A DNA stretch of 64,000 nucleotides from contig JANJGN010000039.1 in assembly GCA_026770705.1 (NCBI GenBank), positions 4,340,001 to 4,404,000 on the forward strand, in the 5' to 3' direction. Under the pieces are notes generated by a model. The model saw only the letters and a list, made by a program, of their open reading frames with translations, was not told the DNA's origin and ran no database searches. Source of the stretch: Isurus oxyrinchus (taxonomy: Eukaryota). Below are positions 1 through 13,097 of the stretch, piece by piece. The translations under genes and the position numbers were made by a program. Position 1 is the first letter of the stretch. Every line of letters starts with the position of its first letter.

Positions 1-190
1 TAAATTTAAGGATGAGGTAGGTGGATTTCTAAACTTTAAAGGTGTCAATGGGTAATGGGAAGGAGCGAGCGTATGCCATTCATGAGAGATAATCATATTG
101 AATTGCGGGGCAGGGTCACTGGTTGGGGATTGGTGGGATTCGCAGGGAGTGGTCTGAGTGGCCTACAGATGCTCCGATGATTCCATGATT
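1..190 (+). mobile_element. CR1-type LINE 3' end, degraded
   Basis: atcatattgaattgcggggcagg...gagtggcctacagatgctcc resembles the CR1 3' ends at about 8300-8390 and 33300-33370. Confidence 0.6.
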
Positions 191-1639
191 CAATGTATCT
201 GAAAGTCGATGTAGGGACCATTTGAGCTAAATTAGAGGAAAGACGATGAGTCATGTTCAAGGAACCTATAACTCTTTAGACTTCCTGTTGAGAAACAGTG
301 TGCATCTGGACAGGTAGCACCGGCATTTTCGAAGTTCTGTTGAATTCAAAATGCCTATGTGAAAGAGACCGTTCATTTTGGAGTTAAAACAAAGAGTTTG
401 AAAGATAATGCAGTGGAGTGTTTGGACGCTTCAACCCTCTGGAATTCATCCAGATACCAGAACGTGCACATATTGATATCATAGTTGAATGTCAGAGAGT
501 CCAGTTGCCCTGTGGACTGGAAAGGATCCTAATCGGTGGGGAGTTTATAAAATGAGGACAAAACTGATTTAAAAGCGTTAAGTTTTTCAGTGATGTTTTT
601 GAATGTTATTGCTGCATGCTGCTGTTCACTTCTACTGTCAGCTATCAGGCCGCTATTCATACCCTGGTTGTTTTGAAATGTAGTTCAACAAGATCGAGCA
701 CCTCCCATGTTGAACTAAATTCTGCTTGCTTCTAAATAGGTGTTGTGTTGATGAATAATTCTTTCTGCATGTTTGTTTCAGTTCGAAAAGTTTCCTGTTA
801 TTGGAAAATGGGGAGTATATTAAAAAAGCCGGAGTAAGTAACATCGATCAACCTACGTAGCAATTGCATAGTATATGCACCATATGAAGTAGAGAAGCAT
901 TTCATCTCACTGGAGTTTTGAAGTAATTTCTCCTGAACTTTTAACTATCTATCAATCACACACGCATCCATTGCTGATTTCCTCACTCATCCTCTCTCCC
1001 AGTGTCTGAGACTGCGGGTGTTTAAACTTATTATAGCTCATTGGAAATTTGATTCTCATTGAAAGCAAATGAAGTACCAAATTTGCTCAGTGCAGAATAA
1101 CTGGAAGTTCAGCTTTGTGGAGAATTGTTCAGTTGAGTTTCATACTGGAGCTCGATCATGATTTAATTATTAAATAAGAAATTATTTTCTGGATTCCAAA
1201 TTAAAAGCATAAAAGTTCAGTTATACAATTTCAATAAAATACTATATAGGCTTACACAGTATTGTAATAAGCGATCTAAACATTCCTGCCGAAGTTTACA
1301 AAAATCTTTTCTCTTCCTCTTGCTGCTGCTGCCCTCTTTGTCCAGTTTTCAATGGAGACTCTCCGTGGAAATGACCACTGGTGATATTTTCTATATTTAC
1401 TCTATCCCAGCTCCAAAAGTTGAGCGTGGTGGGCTGCACCAGCATACTACAGGCTCCTGTCCCTGTAACGGTCACTATGAGTAAAATTCGCCCTATCTCC
1501 CCCCGCAATCTATGGTGCAGGGGATCAGGACCAGCATATCACTAAGTTGCCAAAAATAGAGCTCCACAACAGAACATAAAATAAAGTGAGAATATGGTAC
1601 AAATGCAAACAGTTAATGTTTTTCTAATCGTTTATTAAA

Positions 1640-2527
1640 TCACAAAATTAGAAACACGGGATATTTCAGGGCATTCTTGAACTTATCTCGGAATTTCCTC
1701 TGTGTCACGCCATAAATGCAGGTGTTAGTGAAGCAACTTAGGAGCTGCAGCATGAAGCCCAGTTCCATCACAAACGCATCAAGAAATATTGCCCGATACC
1801 CCACATGAAACATCCGACACCATATAGAAAACAACATGAACACTGACCACAACAGGATGAAATTCACCGAGATGGAAAAGAGTAAAATTATAATTTCCTT
1901 CGGCTCTCTATCTCTTTGTCTCTGGGACATTCGCCACTGTTGTGAGCCCGGAGTCTCCTGCGGGCTCTATTTGTCACCAAGATTTGCCTGACGGTGAAAA
2001 TATTTAACAGCACAATCAGGACAAATGGGACACACGGGGTGAGAGTGTTATGGATGAACACAATTGACGACGAGACCAGAGAGAACTGAACATATATTGT
2101 GACAGAACAAAACCACGGGCTGTTAAAGAACCAATATCGAGTTCCAAGTATGAAATACCAGAAGATGTTGTTTGAGCAGCTCAACAGAGTGATAGTTAGC
2201 AGTACCACAGCTGCTGTTCGTTCAGTGCAAAACGTACTTTTCAGCTTCTGGCAGCAAATGACAACAAATCGATCAAAGGTGAAAGTGACGGTGACCAGAA
2301 TGAGCAATCAGTGGCTGCATAAAGCAGGACAGCGTGGATGTTGCACACAGGGACAGAATACTGAATGAAAGCAAATGTTTCCCTACAAACAATTGGAATC
2401 TGTCTCAATATCACGTCAAAGGTAACGACCAGCAAATCCGCCGATGACATGCCCACCAGGTAGGGAGTGACACATTTGGAGAGACCACAGTTTCTCAGTG
2501 AAGGGATCATAATTGTCACGAAGTTAA
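1640..2527 (-). pseudogene. GPR139/GPR142-like orphan GPCR, exon 2, disrupted by two 1-bp frameshifts (paralog A)
   Basis: Acceptor ...ttctcctcccacag|TT AAC TTC GTG (phase 1). Three overlapping ORFs (2241-2519, 1888-2307, 1640-1930) join into one 7TM protein: RNCGLSKCVTPYLVGMSSADLLVV, ATDCSFW/fs/TVTFTFDRFVVICCQKL, LTPCVPFVLIVLLN, ESRRK/fs/IILLFSISVNFILLW, LSCFTNTCIYGVTQRKFR. Single-base deletions at about 2294 and 1893. Confidence 0.9.
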
Positions 2528-3179
2528 CTGTGGGAGGAGAAATAAGCAGAAAACTTAGACATCAGGCAGGCAGGCAGCAAATATATCAGTTAGATGGAGG
2601 GAGGGCTAATTCATGTTTTCAATGTTGCTTAGTTTTCTATTGAAACAATTGCACAAGAAATAAAGGATGATGCAGAGAACTGTAATACACTGGAAGGCAG
2701 CAGGCGATAAACCACGAAAGATGATGCTGAAAATTTGAATTGTAATGCTGATAATCATCCTATAATCTCCATTTTCCCAGCCCGGTTGAAAAACAAAGCA
2801 ACCTCTAAAGGCTACATCACCTAGGAATGTTCAACATTTTGCACCATCAGCTTTATGTTGTCGGTGCAACACAAATATTGCAGCAGTGACTGAAATCACT
2901 GGGCTTGGTCATCTCAATATGTAATTTTAATGGCCGAGGTCTGAGGCAATTCATTTCTGGATGATGCATGGAAAAGGGAGAGAAAATAAACTGAAGGGTG
3001 GAATTCTAAAAGGAAGGTAACACGGAGAGCTTGTGGGGTGCTGGTGCGCAAATCTGAACTGAGCAGGAAAGGTTAAGAAACTAGATAGAATCATCGGCTT
3101 GCTAAATAAATTCATGGAGTAGAGAAGGCAGAGGTATTGCTGGAAATATGCAGAGGGCGAGTTTGTCTTCATCTGACAC

Positions 3180-4370
3180 ATTGGGGGAATTGTCCCGAAT
3201 TTGCAATAAATGCTGCAGCCACTGCGAAAAGCAATGTTTTACCACCGGCAACAAGGGGAGATGATCCTATACCCGCAGCAAAACTAAAGCATTCCTGGGA
3301 AACATGCCCTCCAAAGCCTCCTGTCCGCCAGCCACACTCTCAACTCCCCAATTCATCATATGAGGCACCACATTTGAAGTGCTGCTGCGCTGAGAGATTC
3401 CAGCCGAAGACAGCAGCAAAGAGTGTGGGGCCTGGGAAGGCTGGAAGGCTACAACACTCCAGAGACTTTTAGATGACATGGTGTCCACTGTGATGTCCTC
3501 TACACCGGCTCTGGCCGCAGGAGGGACAGTTACATTATCACTGTGGCTTGCTCACCGACGGCAGTGGTCATCATGTCCAACGCTGTTCAGAAGAAGTTGC
3601 CATCCAAAGCAGATACAGGATGATTGTTGTTATCCATGCCCCTAGAGAATTGGGAACCATCTTTTCACTCTAACCTCACACACTGAAGCTCATCTCACAT
3701 TCACATGCATCTTACTCAACGCCAGTTCACGGGACATTACCACACGTTCTCAAACAGAACTTTCAAAGCCCATGTTGCCCCTCTTCTCCTCTGGAGAATC
3801 CGTCCTTAGCCAGAGCAATCTTCTTGCCACTTGTACTGTTCATCATGAGCCCAAAACAGGACAACCTCTTTGCCAAGCGCAGCTCTTACGCTGCACACTC
3901 TTTCCTTCCCTGAGTTCACATTCCCCCTTCGCCAAACAAGCCCCAGCACTGCAGCACTGAACAGCTACCAAAATGTGGCTTTTTCTCGAAGGCACAGACC
4001 GGCCCATCAATTCCCAACCCCTAAAATGGACTTGGTGTTGCCTGTGAAGCCTGGCGTTGATGGCCATAAATACTAAACGAAGCAGGGTTGTCAACTATAT
4101 CTTGAGTCTTGAGCAAATTGCAGCTTGTCAAGTGCATGCTTAATATATGTTATTCTGGAACATGTTGGCGTGTTTTCCCGCAGATCTGGCCATGTGATGC
4201 AGTGTTGGAGTCGGTGGGGATAGGATGAATCTGGCAGGCCGACCTAATTATGATTTGTTGATGTATTTCAATCAGGGTCCGGAAATCTAAGCGCGGGGGG
4301 CACGACACGCCATTGGCTGGCGGCCGGACTATTGTAACTTTGTTTCTCCATGGCATGAGATGGATTTTTC
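3180..4370 (+). mobile_element. Degenerate PIF/Harbinger-like DNA transposon relic with a Myb/SANT-like coding remnant
   Basis: 3492-3647 translates, with one frameshift, as DVLYTGSGRRRDSYIITVACSPTAVVIMSNAVQKK-AIQSRYRMIVVIHAPR. This resembles Harbinger-associated trihelix Myb/SANT proteins as I recall them. GC-richer flanks; ends uncertain. Confidence 0.5.
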
Positions 4371-4899
4371 TCAGTTTCTCCGAACTGCCTGGTCCTGGCC
4401 CCGATCAAATCAGGCACTAGCAGGCATGAATAATCCCAGTCCTATTGCCCAATACTGGGGGCCATGCTTTATTTAGGTTTTGGGAAGGACACAGACGGGT
4501 TTTCCTTGAATGATTCTAAGCTCCTGCTATCTGGATAGACTAGAGGAGATGTGATTGGTTCCCTTAGAGCCAAGATATTATCAAGCCCAGTCTTCTGTGT
4601 CACTGCATGCTCTGGAAGCTTGTAGTCGCAGAAAATTGTGGGATTTGAGTTAAAGCATGTCTCACAACACGTTCCATTTCTTCCTTTCCAGTTACAATGA
4701 CGGGGCCCTCTTGGAGTATCGGGATCGGTTGCTAGATTTATTCATTTGTCCGTGACCTGCACTTCCTGGGACTTGCTCTTATTTCAGTCCATTTTATTCA
4801 GAAATGGATTGTCAAAGGACAAGGGACGGGAGATATATCTAAAATGAATTGGCAGTTAAAGGGCAAAGACAGAAACATTCTTCAGTTTGTATTTATTTA

Positions 4900-5260
4900 T
4901 TTTATTCACTCATGTGATAAGGATTTCGCTGGCTTGTCAGTCCTTCATGCCAATCCCTACTTGTCCTTGCTCTGAAAGGGTTCGAGAGTCACATACATTT
5001 CTTTGGGTCTGGAGTAAAATGCTGCCCAGAGCAGGTGGGGGTGTCAGCTTTCCTTCCCTTAGTGACATTTGTGAACCCAGATGTTTTTTTACAACAATCA
5101 GACAATGGTTTCATGGTCATCATCAAACTTTCAATTCCGGATTTTTTTAATTGAATTAAAATTTCACCATCTGCCGTGCTGGGTAGAAACCCCTGACCCC
5201 TGTGTCACTGGAGTACAAGTACAATGAAAATGCAACGATGCTGCCACATCCTCGGGCCTC
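4900..5260 (-). mobile_element. tRNA-derived SINE with L2-like 3' tail
   Basis: Homologous to 29375-29735 and 32010-32605 (ttccttccct..gacatt.gtgaacc.agat; aaattccaccatctgcc). The tail matches the LINE ends at 34020 and 37945. Confidence 0.75.
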
Positions 5261-5649
5261 CCAGTTTAGCTAAGGCAAAAAATAAAACAAAATAAAATAA
5301 AATGTACAGATTACCGGTCTTGAAATTTAACAACAGGCCACAAGGAGCAGATTTAAAGTTATGAGGTTCCGGCAGAAGTCTTCAGAACGAAAGAGGATGC
5401 AGGAGGAGGCGGGAAAATGTTGGCGACTCAGTTTTGTCCTTGGGTCAAAGGTGCCCCTTTAGAGCCGTGGTGTTGAGCTTGGCACAACCCGGAAGCTGAA
5501 ACTGTACTGTGACATTCAATGGACTCGGTAGCCTCGAGGCATCAGACCTGAGATTTGGAAAAGCTTCTGGGGAGAATTCCAAGGCAATATTTTCAAAGGT
5601 GAATTTTGAAATCCTGGAAGAAATCGGGGTCTTTTTCTAAACGACGTAG

Positions 5650-6530
5650 ATAACTGCGGATTAGGAAATTTGCGGGTGATGCAAAGATTGGCCGAGTTGT
5701 TAACATTGAGGTTGAGTATCGTGGACTCTAGGACGATATTGACGGGATTGACAAACGCGTAGATGGAATTGAAACATGAAAATTGTGAGGTGAAAAATTT
5801 TGGAAAGAGGAATTTGACAAGGGAGTATCTAATTAACTGCCTGGCACTAGGAAACCATGAGGAACAAAGGAACTAATCCTGAGGAACAAAGGAACTTGGC
5901 GTGCATGTCCATATATCTCGCAAGATGGTGGGGCAAGTGAATGAGGTGCTGGAGAAGGCATAGGGGACAATTGGAAGATGGTGGGGCAAGTGAATGAGGT
6001 GCTGGAGAAGGCATAGGGGACAGTTGGCTTCATCAATCAAAGCAGAGATAACAAAATTAGCGAGGTCATGTTGGTTTTGATTGGAACCTTAGTGAGGCCA
6101 CAGCTGGAGCACTGTTTGCAGAAATGGTCGCCACCTGATAGGAAGGATGTGATTGCAGTGTAGCGGGTACAGAGACAATTCACCAGGATCTGGCCTGAGT
6201 TCAAACATTTAATTTATGAAGAGAGGTTGAATATGCTTGGGTTGTTTTTCTTGTAGCAGAAAAGACTGAGCGGCGACCTGATTGAGCTGTACATGATTAT
6301 GAGGGGCATGGACATGGTGTATAGGAGGTAGCTGTTACCCATAGTTTAAGGGTAAGTCACAAGGGTACACACGTTTAAGGTGATGGGCAGGAGGTTTAGG
6401 GGTATGTGCGGGAAACCTTTCTAACCCAGAGGGTGTTGACAGTCTGGAATGTGCAGGTTGCCTCACATCCTTTAAAAGGTACCTGGATGAGCACTTAGCA
6501 CTTCATAACTTTCAAGGGTGTGGGCAGACA
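5650..6530 (+). mobile_element. CR1 LINE, 3' RT region and tail, with an internal ~52-bp tandem duplication
   Basis: gcagatgatgcaaagattgg-like RT motif, gtgaggccacagctggagcactgtttgcag, aggaaggatgtgattgca; duplication at about 5922-6026. Confidence 0.85.
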
Positions 6531-6921
6531 GACGTGAAGTTCTCAGCCTGGAGGCGTTCGATCTTAGAACCCCTCCTTATTTTCTTCAAATCCTTCTATT
6601 CTTTGCACGTTTCCCTCTTTGAATGAAAATTCCCATTGTAACTAAAATATTTTAACCTTAAACTTCTAACAATAAAATCCTCTCATGGTACTAAATTTAC
6701 TAATAAGCTTCGAAAAAAAAAGGTTTCTGAGCTTCAGCTGTTTAGGGAGAAAATGTCACCAGCTCTATTGAAGAACAGGTTTAAGAATGCAAATTTCCCC
6801 CATTGACCCCGCACCTTCTATTTTCCTATGTTTATCTAATTACCGTTTCAAAGCTTCCTCCCTTATATACGTCATGGCCTCTAGACCAGCTGCATTTCAC
6901 CCAAATAAAACAAACGGAAAC

Positions 6922-7107
6922 NNNNNNNNNNNNNNNNNNNNNNNNNNNNNNNNNNNNNNNNNNNNNNNNNNNNNNNNNNNNNNNNNNNNNNNNNNNNNNN
7001 NNNNNNNNNNNNNNNNNNNNNNNNNNNNNNNNNNNNNNNNNNNNNNNNNNNNNNNNNNNNNNNNNNNNNNNNNNNNNNNNNNNNNNNNNNNNNNNNNNNN
7101 NNNNNNN
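6922..7107. other. Assembly gap
   Basis: Run of N. Confidence 1.
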
Positions 7108-7139
7108 ACCTCTATATTCTATGCTGAAATAAGCTCCAT

Positions 7140-8390
7140 TAACATTACATGCGTGATTTTATTTTTTGACCAGGGGCAGAGAGAGGGTAGATAGGAGGGC
7201 ATTTTTTGCATTAGTACAGGGGTCAATAACCAAGGCGCATTGATTTAAGTGAAGAGGTAGAAGGCTAAGAGGGCAGTTGATGAGAAGATTTTTTTTTGCC
7301 AGAGGGTGGTGGGAGATTACTACACATTGCCTGAAAGAATGTTTGAGTTATAATTGTGTAACATTTATGAAGTATTTAGATTTTCACTTGTGTTGCCATA
7401 GCTCCCAGGGATATGGGCCAAGCTCTGGAGAATGGGATAAGTGTTTCCAGATATTTGTTGACCGGTGCGAACACGTGTGTGGAATGGCCTCCTTCTGTAC
7501 TGTAAACGCCCATGAACCAATTAGATTAAATATGTGGGCAAATATCTCATTACCTCATTATAATGTGGGGCAAAAGTGATAATGTCCACTTTGACAGGAA
7601 GTCTTTTTTTAAAAAGCTATTCTCTAAATGGTGAGAAATTGTAACTTTGAGATTCAGAGCGGTCCGGTTTTATTAGTGCATGAACAATAAAATTCCGTTT
7701 GCAAGTACAGCAAATAATTTGCAAAAACAATAGAATGTCATCGATTACCGTGAGGAGAAATGATTACAAAAGCAGGGAGGATATGCTTCCGTTGTACAGG
7801 GCACTGGTGAGGCCACATATGTTGCTCTGTGTACCGTTCCCCCTCATTATTTAATGAAATAAAGATGTAAATACGTTGGACGAATTTCACATAATATTTT
7901 TCCGATCAATAGCTGGAAAGGACGGGTTGAATAATGAGGAAAGGCTGGGTAGGTGAGGTGTGTGTCCAGAAGAATTTAAAAGATTGGGAGGTGACATCAT
8001 TGAGATCTTCAAGATCCTAAGTGGCCTTGACAGGGTGGATGTGAAGAAGGATTTTCCTCCTGTGGGAGGATCGAGAATTAGTGGTCTCCGTTTCCGTTTC
8101 AAAATGAAGGTTCATTAATTTCAGAGATGAATGAGAATTTTTTGCGTAATAGCAGACGGGCGTGATTCTTTGAAGCTCTGAACATTAAAAGGTGTTGCGC
8201 TCAGAGTCTTTGAATATTTTTGAGGCTGGTGTAGGTAGATTCTTGATTAAGAAGGAAGGTGAAAGGTTATCGCGGGTAGGCAGGACTGTCGGGTCATGGT
8301 AACATTCAGATCAGCCACGAACTTATTGAAATGTGCAGCAGGGTCGAAGAGCCGTGTGGCCCACTCCTGCTCCAAATTCGTATATTCATA
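7140..8390 (+). mobile_element. Two consecutive CR1 3' fragments (7140-7520, 7520-8390)
   Basis: Each ends in a CR1-type tail (gaatggcctccttctgtactgtaa; gagccgtgtggcccactcctgctcc). The RT C-terminal motif gcactggtgaggccacat is present. Confidence 0.8.
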
Positions 8391-9019
8391 TGTACATAAA
8401 ATCTCCAGTATGTCCCATGAAATGTGGCTGCTTTGACCTTGAAGGGCGGGATGACTGCTCCCTACCATTCTGAATTGCCACCAGGTATCAGCAGGGATCC
8501 ATGACATCAAGGGTACCAATGCCTTAATGATGAGCCTGAGAAGTTAAGACTCAAAACGTGCATTTCCTTTTCCTTTTTTATGGCTTGTCACAATTTGTCA
8601 AAGATGTGTGAGTCGAGAATGGGCCTATTCATACCACATGAAGACACTTCGGAGGAAATCCATACCCTGAGGGAAATTCAACCTCGAATCAGGACAGTGG
8701 TTGAAGAGGAGAGTGGAGAGCAATGTTGAGGTTGTAGTAACGAATGCCAGTATATCAGAGGTCCATAACTAGGGGAGCATGACCCCAGATTCTTACTAAT
8801 AACAGTACAACTGACATGAGGAGTTTTTTGTTCATGTAGCGAATGGGTGGCAGAACAATTGTGCAGCCTTATAAGTTATTGGAATTGCCCTCTATATCTC
8901 TGTCTCTCTTTCTCTCTCTCTCCTTCAAATAAGTTTAAGACAATGTCCTTGCTTTCGGGTTTCATGTGCCGATTCGTGAAATTAAGAACAGTGCCTAATG
9001 TAAAACCAACTCTCTCAGC

Positions 9020-10025
9020 CTGAGAGACAGACATATTCACCATGATCCCTCTGCTCGAAAATTCCGTTAGAATTCCATACTTTAATGTTTCTCTGTGGCC
9101 TTCTTTTCAAACATGAATCACTTCTCATTTTTCTGCATGAAGTGCCATCACCTGTGTGCCCATTTCAACAATAGCTCTCCCCATTGAAATTTTCCCATTA
9201 TCTTCATCACAGTTACTTTCTACTCGTCCAAAAATAACACATATATATCGACCATTGCACAGTCTTTCCTGTCACTCAGGTAGTTAGTATCCATTTGCTA
9301 TTTCTCCCTTTTCCAGGAGCTGCAAGTTTCAAAGTAGTGTGGCACTTAACAGAAGCCTTTCAAAAGCCTATGTACACAACATCAACTACATTACCCTCAT
9401 ACATCATTTTTATCACCTCATTTGAAACCTGCAGCAATTTTGATGACACCATTTTCCCTTAACCAAACTTGCTAGTTTTCATATATTGAGCTGCCTTGTT
9501 ACCAAGCAAGAGTGAATATATCCCTCAGTATCCATTGTGGAAGCCTTCCCTGCCTTGGGGATAAGCTGACTGTCTTGTACTTGCTGAGTAATCTTTACAC
9601 AATTTTTTAAACAAGGGTGAAACATATAGGCATCTGATTTAGAAGCAGGGTTAGGCAATTCGGCCCATTTGAGAATGTTCTACCGCTGATATCCTTGACT
9701 GTCTAGTGAGTGAATAATTATCTAGCTCTGCATTAAGATTGTTCAATGGCCTTTCCTCCAAAATATCCAGGGAAAGAGATCAAAGAATCAGAATCTCCTC
9801 AGAAAGAAAGATTAAACCTCATCTCCATCCAAATGGGCGACCACATATTCTGAATTGGTGTCCAATATTTCGAATCTCTCCCAAACGTGACCATCCTCCT
9901 AGTATCCACCAATTTGAAACCCCTCTGAATTGTATATGTTTCAATGAGATATCTTCTCATTTTTTCCAATCTCCAAAGGATACAGATCCAGTCTGTCCGA
10001 TCATTCACATTTGCAAATCTCCTTG
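9020..10025 (-). mobile_element. CR1 fragments (RT region and a 3' end)
   Basis: ORF 9799-10008 (RLEKMRRYLIETYTIQRGF) is typical of the CR1 ORF2 C-terminus; tail motif at about 9640-9690. Confidence 0.75.
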
Positions 10026-10032
10026 AAACACT

Positions 10033-10260
10033 TACAGAATTACCTGGAAAAACTCAGCAGGTCTGGCAGCATCGGCGGAGAAGAAAAGAGTTCACGTTTC
10101 GAGTCCTCATGACCCTTCGACAGAACTTGATTTCGAGTCCAAGAAAGAGTTGAAATATAAGCTGGTTTAAGTTGTGTGTGTGGGGGGGCGGAGAGAGAGA
10201 GAGAGAGACAGAGGTGCTTGTGTAGACAAACAAGCAGTGATAGAAGCAGATCATCAAAAA
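10033..10260 (-). mobile_element. Penelope-like element 3' terminal fragment
   Basis: cagaattacctggaaaaactcagcaggtctggcagcatcggcggagaag...gtttcgagtcctcatgacccttcgacagaac; same terminal family as 37370-37450 and 57685-58090. Confidence 0.7.
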
Positions 10261-11460
10261 GGGGAGAGGAGAGATTACAAAATACGCTAGGGGAGAGGAG
10301 TGATATACCAGCCACACAAGGGGTTTTGGAACATTTAATAGTGAGAGTGGGGGAATGGAGTGATTTAATAGCTTACCGGGGAGAGGACTGACATGCTGAT
10401 ATACCAAGGAGAGATGAGTGATGTATCAGTACACCAGAAGAATGGGGTGATATACAAGGTACACAAGGGGAACCGAGTGTTGTATCAATGGAGAGAAGTG
10501 TAATGCCAGTACACAATGGGACAATAATGATATACCAGTTATATCAGGGGAGAGGATTGATATCCTATTATAGCAAGGGAGAGGAATATTGTATCAGGTA
10601 CACCAGCGAAGAGGCTGTATATATCGGTACTCAAGGGGAGAGGAGCGACATAATGGAACAGGAGGGGAGGGGAGCGATATACCAGGTACACCAGGATTGG
10701 AATGATATTACGGTATGTCAGTGGAGAGAAGCACTATAGCGTAGCACCCAGTGGCGATGAGTGATATATAGCTTTACAAGAGAGAGGACGGTTATACCAG
10801 GTGCATCAGCGGAGAGGAGCCATACAACTGTACCCCAGGGGATTGGATTGATATGCATGTACATGAGGGTGAGGAGAGGTCAACTGTTCACCAAGTTAGA
10901 ATAGTGGTGCACATGGTATACCAGGGAGGGGAGTAATATAAAACCACTGTGGAGAGGGGTGATATACAGAATCACTAGGGGAGAGGAGGGAAAATCGAAA
11001 TGTATCATGGTTAAGCAGTGTTATTGCAAAACAGCGGGACAAAGGATTGATATAACTTTGCAAAAGGGAGACTGAAGATATGCCAGGTACATCAGGGGAG
11101 ATGAGTGAGGTCCTGGTATAAGGGGTGAGAATTGATATACCAGAGAATAGGAGTGATATACCATTTAAACCAGAAACCAGGAATGATATACTACGAAAAT
11201 CAGGGGAAGAGGATTCTTATATCCAGGTGCATCTGGAGATGGGACTGATATAAATGTACTCTTATGGGGAGACGAGTTGTATAACTTTACACCAGGGGAG
11301 AAGAATTATATAACAGATGCACCTGGGGAGAGGAGTGCTAAGTCAGATACACCAGGGGAAGGCTTGATATATTGGTACACAAGGACGAATAACGTGTGAT
11401 GGGGGAAGAATGGGTATTTGATTAATAGCACCAGGGCACAGGTGCTCAGTGGAGAGGTAT
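10260..11460. repeat. Degenerate ~30-bp minisatellite (ggggagaggagtgatataccaggtacacca)
   Basis: ggggagagg, tgatatacc and gtacacca recur at about 30-bp spacing over 1.2 kb. Confidence 0.9.
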
Positions 11461-12930
11461 CCATTATTTTGGGTGGGCTACATTTTAACCAGGCTGTGGC
11501 CAATTTAAATCGGGCCAATCGTGTATCTGGGACTATGGACAGGGCTAGGAGCAAAAAGAGGGAGGGAGCTGGGTTCCGGGTGAAGAGAGATTTCCGGATT
11601 ACAAGAGAAATCCCGAAAGAATGGAATGTTGCGGGATGCATGTAAACTGAAGCAGAGTGGGACTGGAAGGCGCAAGGCGGAGGCTGGGAAATGCATGTTT
11701 CCAGGTTGCCCATTATTTAGGAAAGTCAGAACAGTAAAGGAGGTGGAATACCTCCAAATGTAAATGATGCTGTAAGTTTCTTAGAGAGAAAGGGTCTGAC
11801 AGCAGAAGGACATGAATAAGAATCAGGATTAGTGGAAATTTGGAATAGCCAGAGCCTGAAAATGCTGCTAGGAGTATTGTGTAGGGCCTCGAACAATGAT
11901 TATAACTTTAGAAAGAGTGTTAAACAGGACACTGTTGGAGATTGTTGCAGAGACAATTAACGAATTGGTACAAAGCCAATCTTCTTCTAAAATGGGACAA
12001 TAAACATTGACAAGAGCTGAATAGGAGATAGAGTTGTAGATTTTTGGTCTGACAGCTTCCTGAACGAAAGAGTGCAGCAACTAACATGGCGAGGGAAAGG
12101 TGGGAATTGGGAGGGGGGGTGCACGTGCTGGTTAGGGCGGTTTCACATGTGAACTTTGATTTAGAAATCTACGGAGAAATGGAGAGGGGCAAGAATATGC
12201 TCTTACTGTTAAACTATATCTTAGATCTGCTATTGTGCAATGAAGCGGAATTAACTTAAAAGAACCACTGGGAAATAAAGTCTTAAGAGCAGTGAAACAC
12301 GTATTAAGCTTCAGCTGCAATGCCCCATTCAAAAACAGTAAATCGTACACTTAAAAAAACCAGGGACATGGGTGTGAGAGGAGAACTGGGCAATCTTGAT
12401 TTGGTAAATTGATTAAAATGTTCAGCCTGACATGAAAATGACAATTCATTTCAGGAAATTGAACTCAAAGTTCAACAAAAATACACTCCGTTCCGCATGT
12501 AACAAGACGTGGGGTTGGAGGAAGGGGTGTTTCAGTTGAACAGATATTGAGAAATGTAAAGAGAAAGTGAAAGGTAACGGAATACTGCCCTTCTGATATA
12601 ATCCAGTTTAGATCGAGTATTGTGTAATGAAGCATGGACAAGGCGAAAGATCCGCTGGAAAGAATTATAAAAACATCTTTGAACTCCATGTGAAATTTCA
12701 AGCTGCATGCCCCAATCAGAAACAACAACATACACTAAAATAAAACCCGAGACATAGGTGCGAGGCGAGAGCACCATTACGTTGATTTGGTAAATTGAAT
12801 AAAAAGCGTGGCCTTAAATGAAAAGTGGAAATCAGGAATTGAAAAAAAAACAAAATCACAAAGGTCAACAAACTTGCACTCCATTCAATAAGATACAAAT
12901 GATGGAATATAAAGAGCAATGAAGAGACAT
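11450..12930 (+). mobile_element. CR1 5' portion (ORF1 esterase end and APE endonuclease), degraded, with an internal direct duplication
   Basis: GGLHFNQAVANLNRANRVSGTMDRA resembles the end of the SGNH-esterase ORF1; ttatttaggaaag...aaaggaggtgga corresponds to the FRKDR..GGG APE motif. Confidence 0.65.
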
Positions 12931-13097
12931 CATAGACTCACTCAGGACATTAGAGACAGTGTCGGATTGAAATAAGAGGCTTATTAATGTTGCAATGAGT
13001 TTGCTATTAATTACGAATTGATTAAGCTGATTTAACAGGGTAGGTTGACATCCTGAACACTTTCCCCCAAGTTCATATCGTCACATAAGGCAATACG

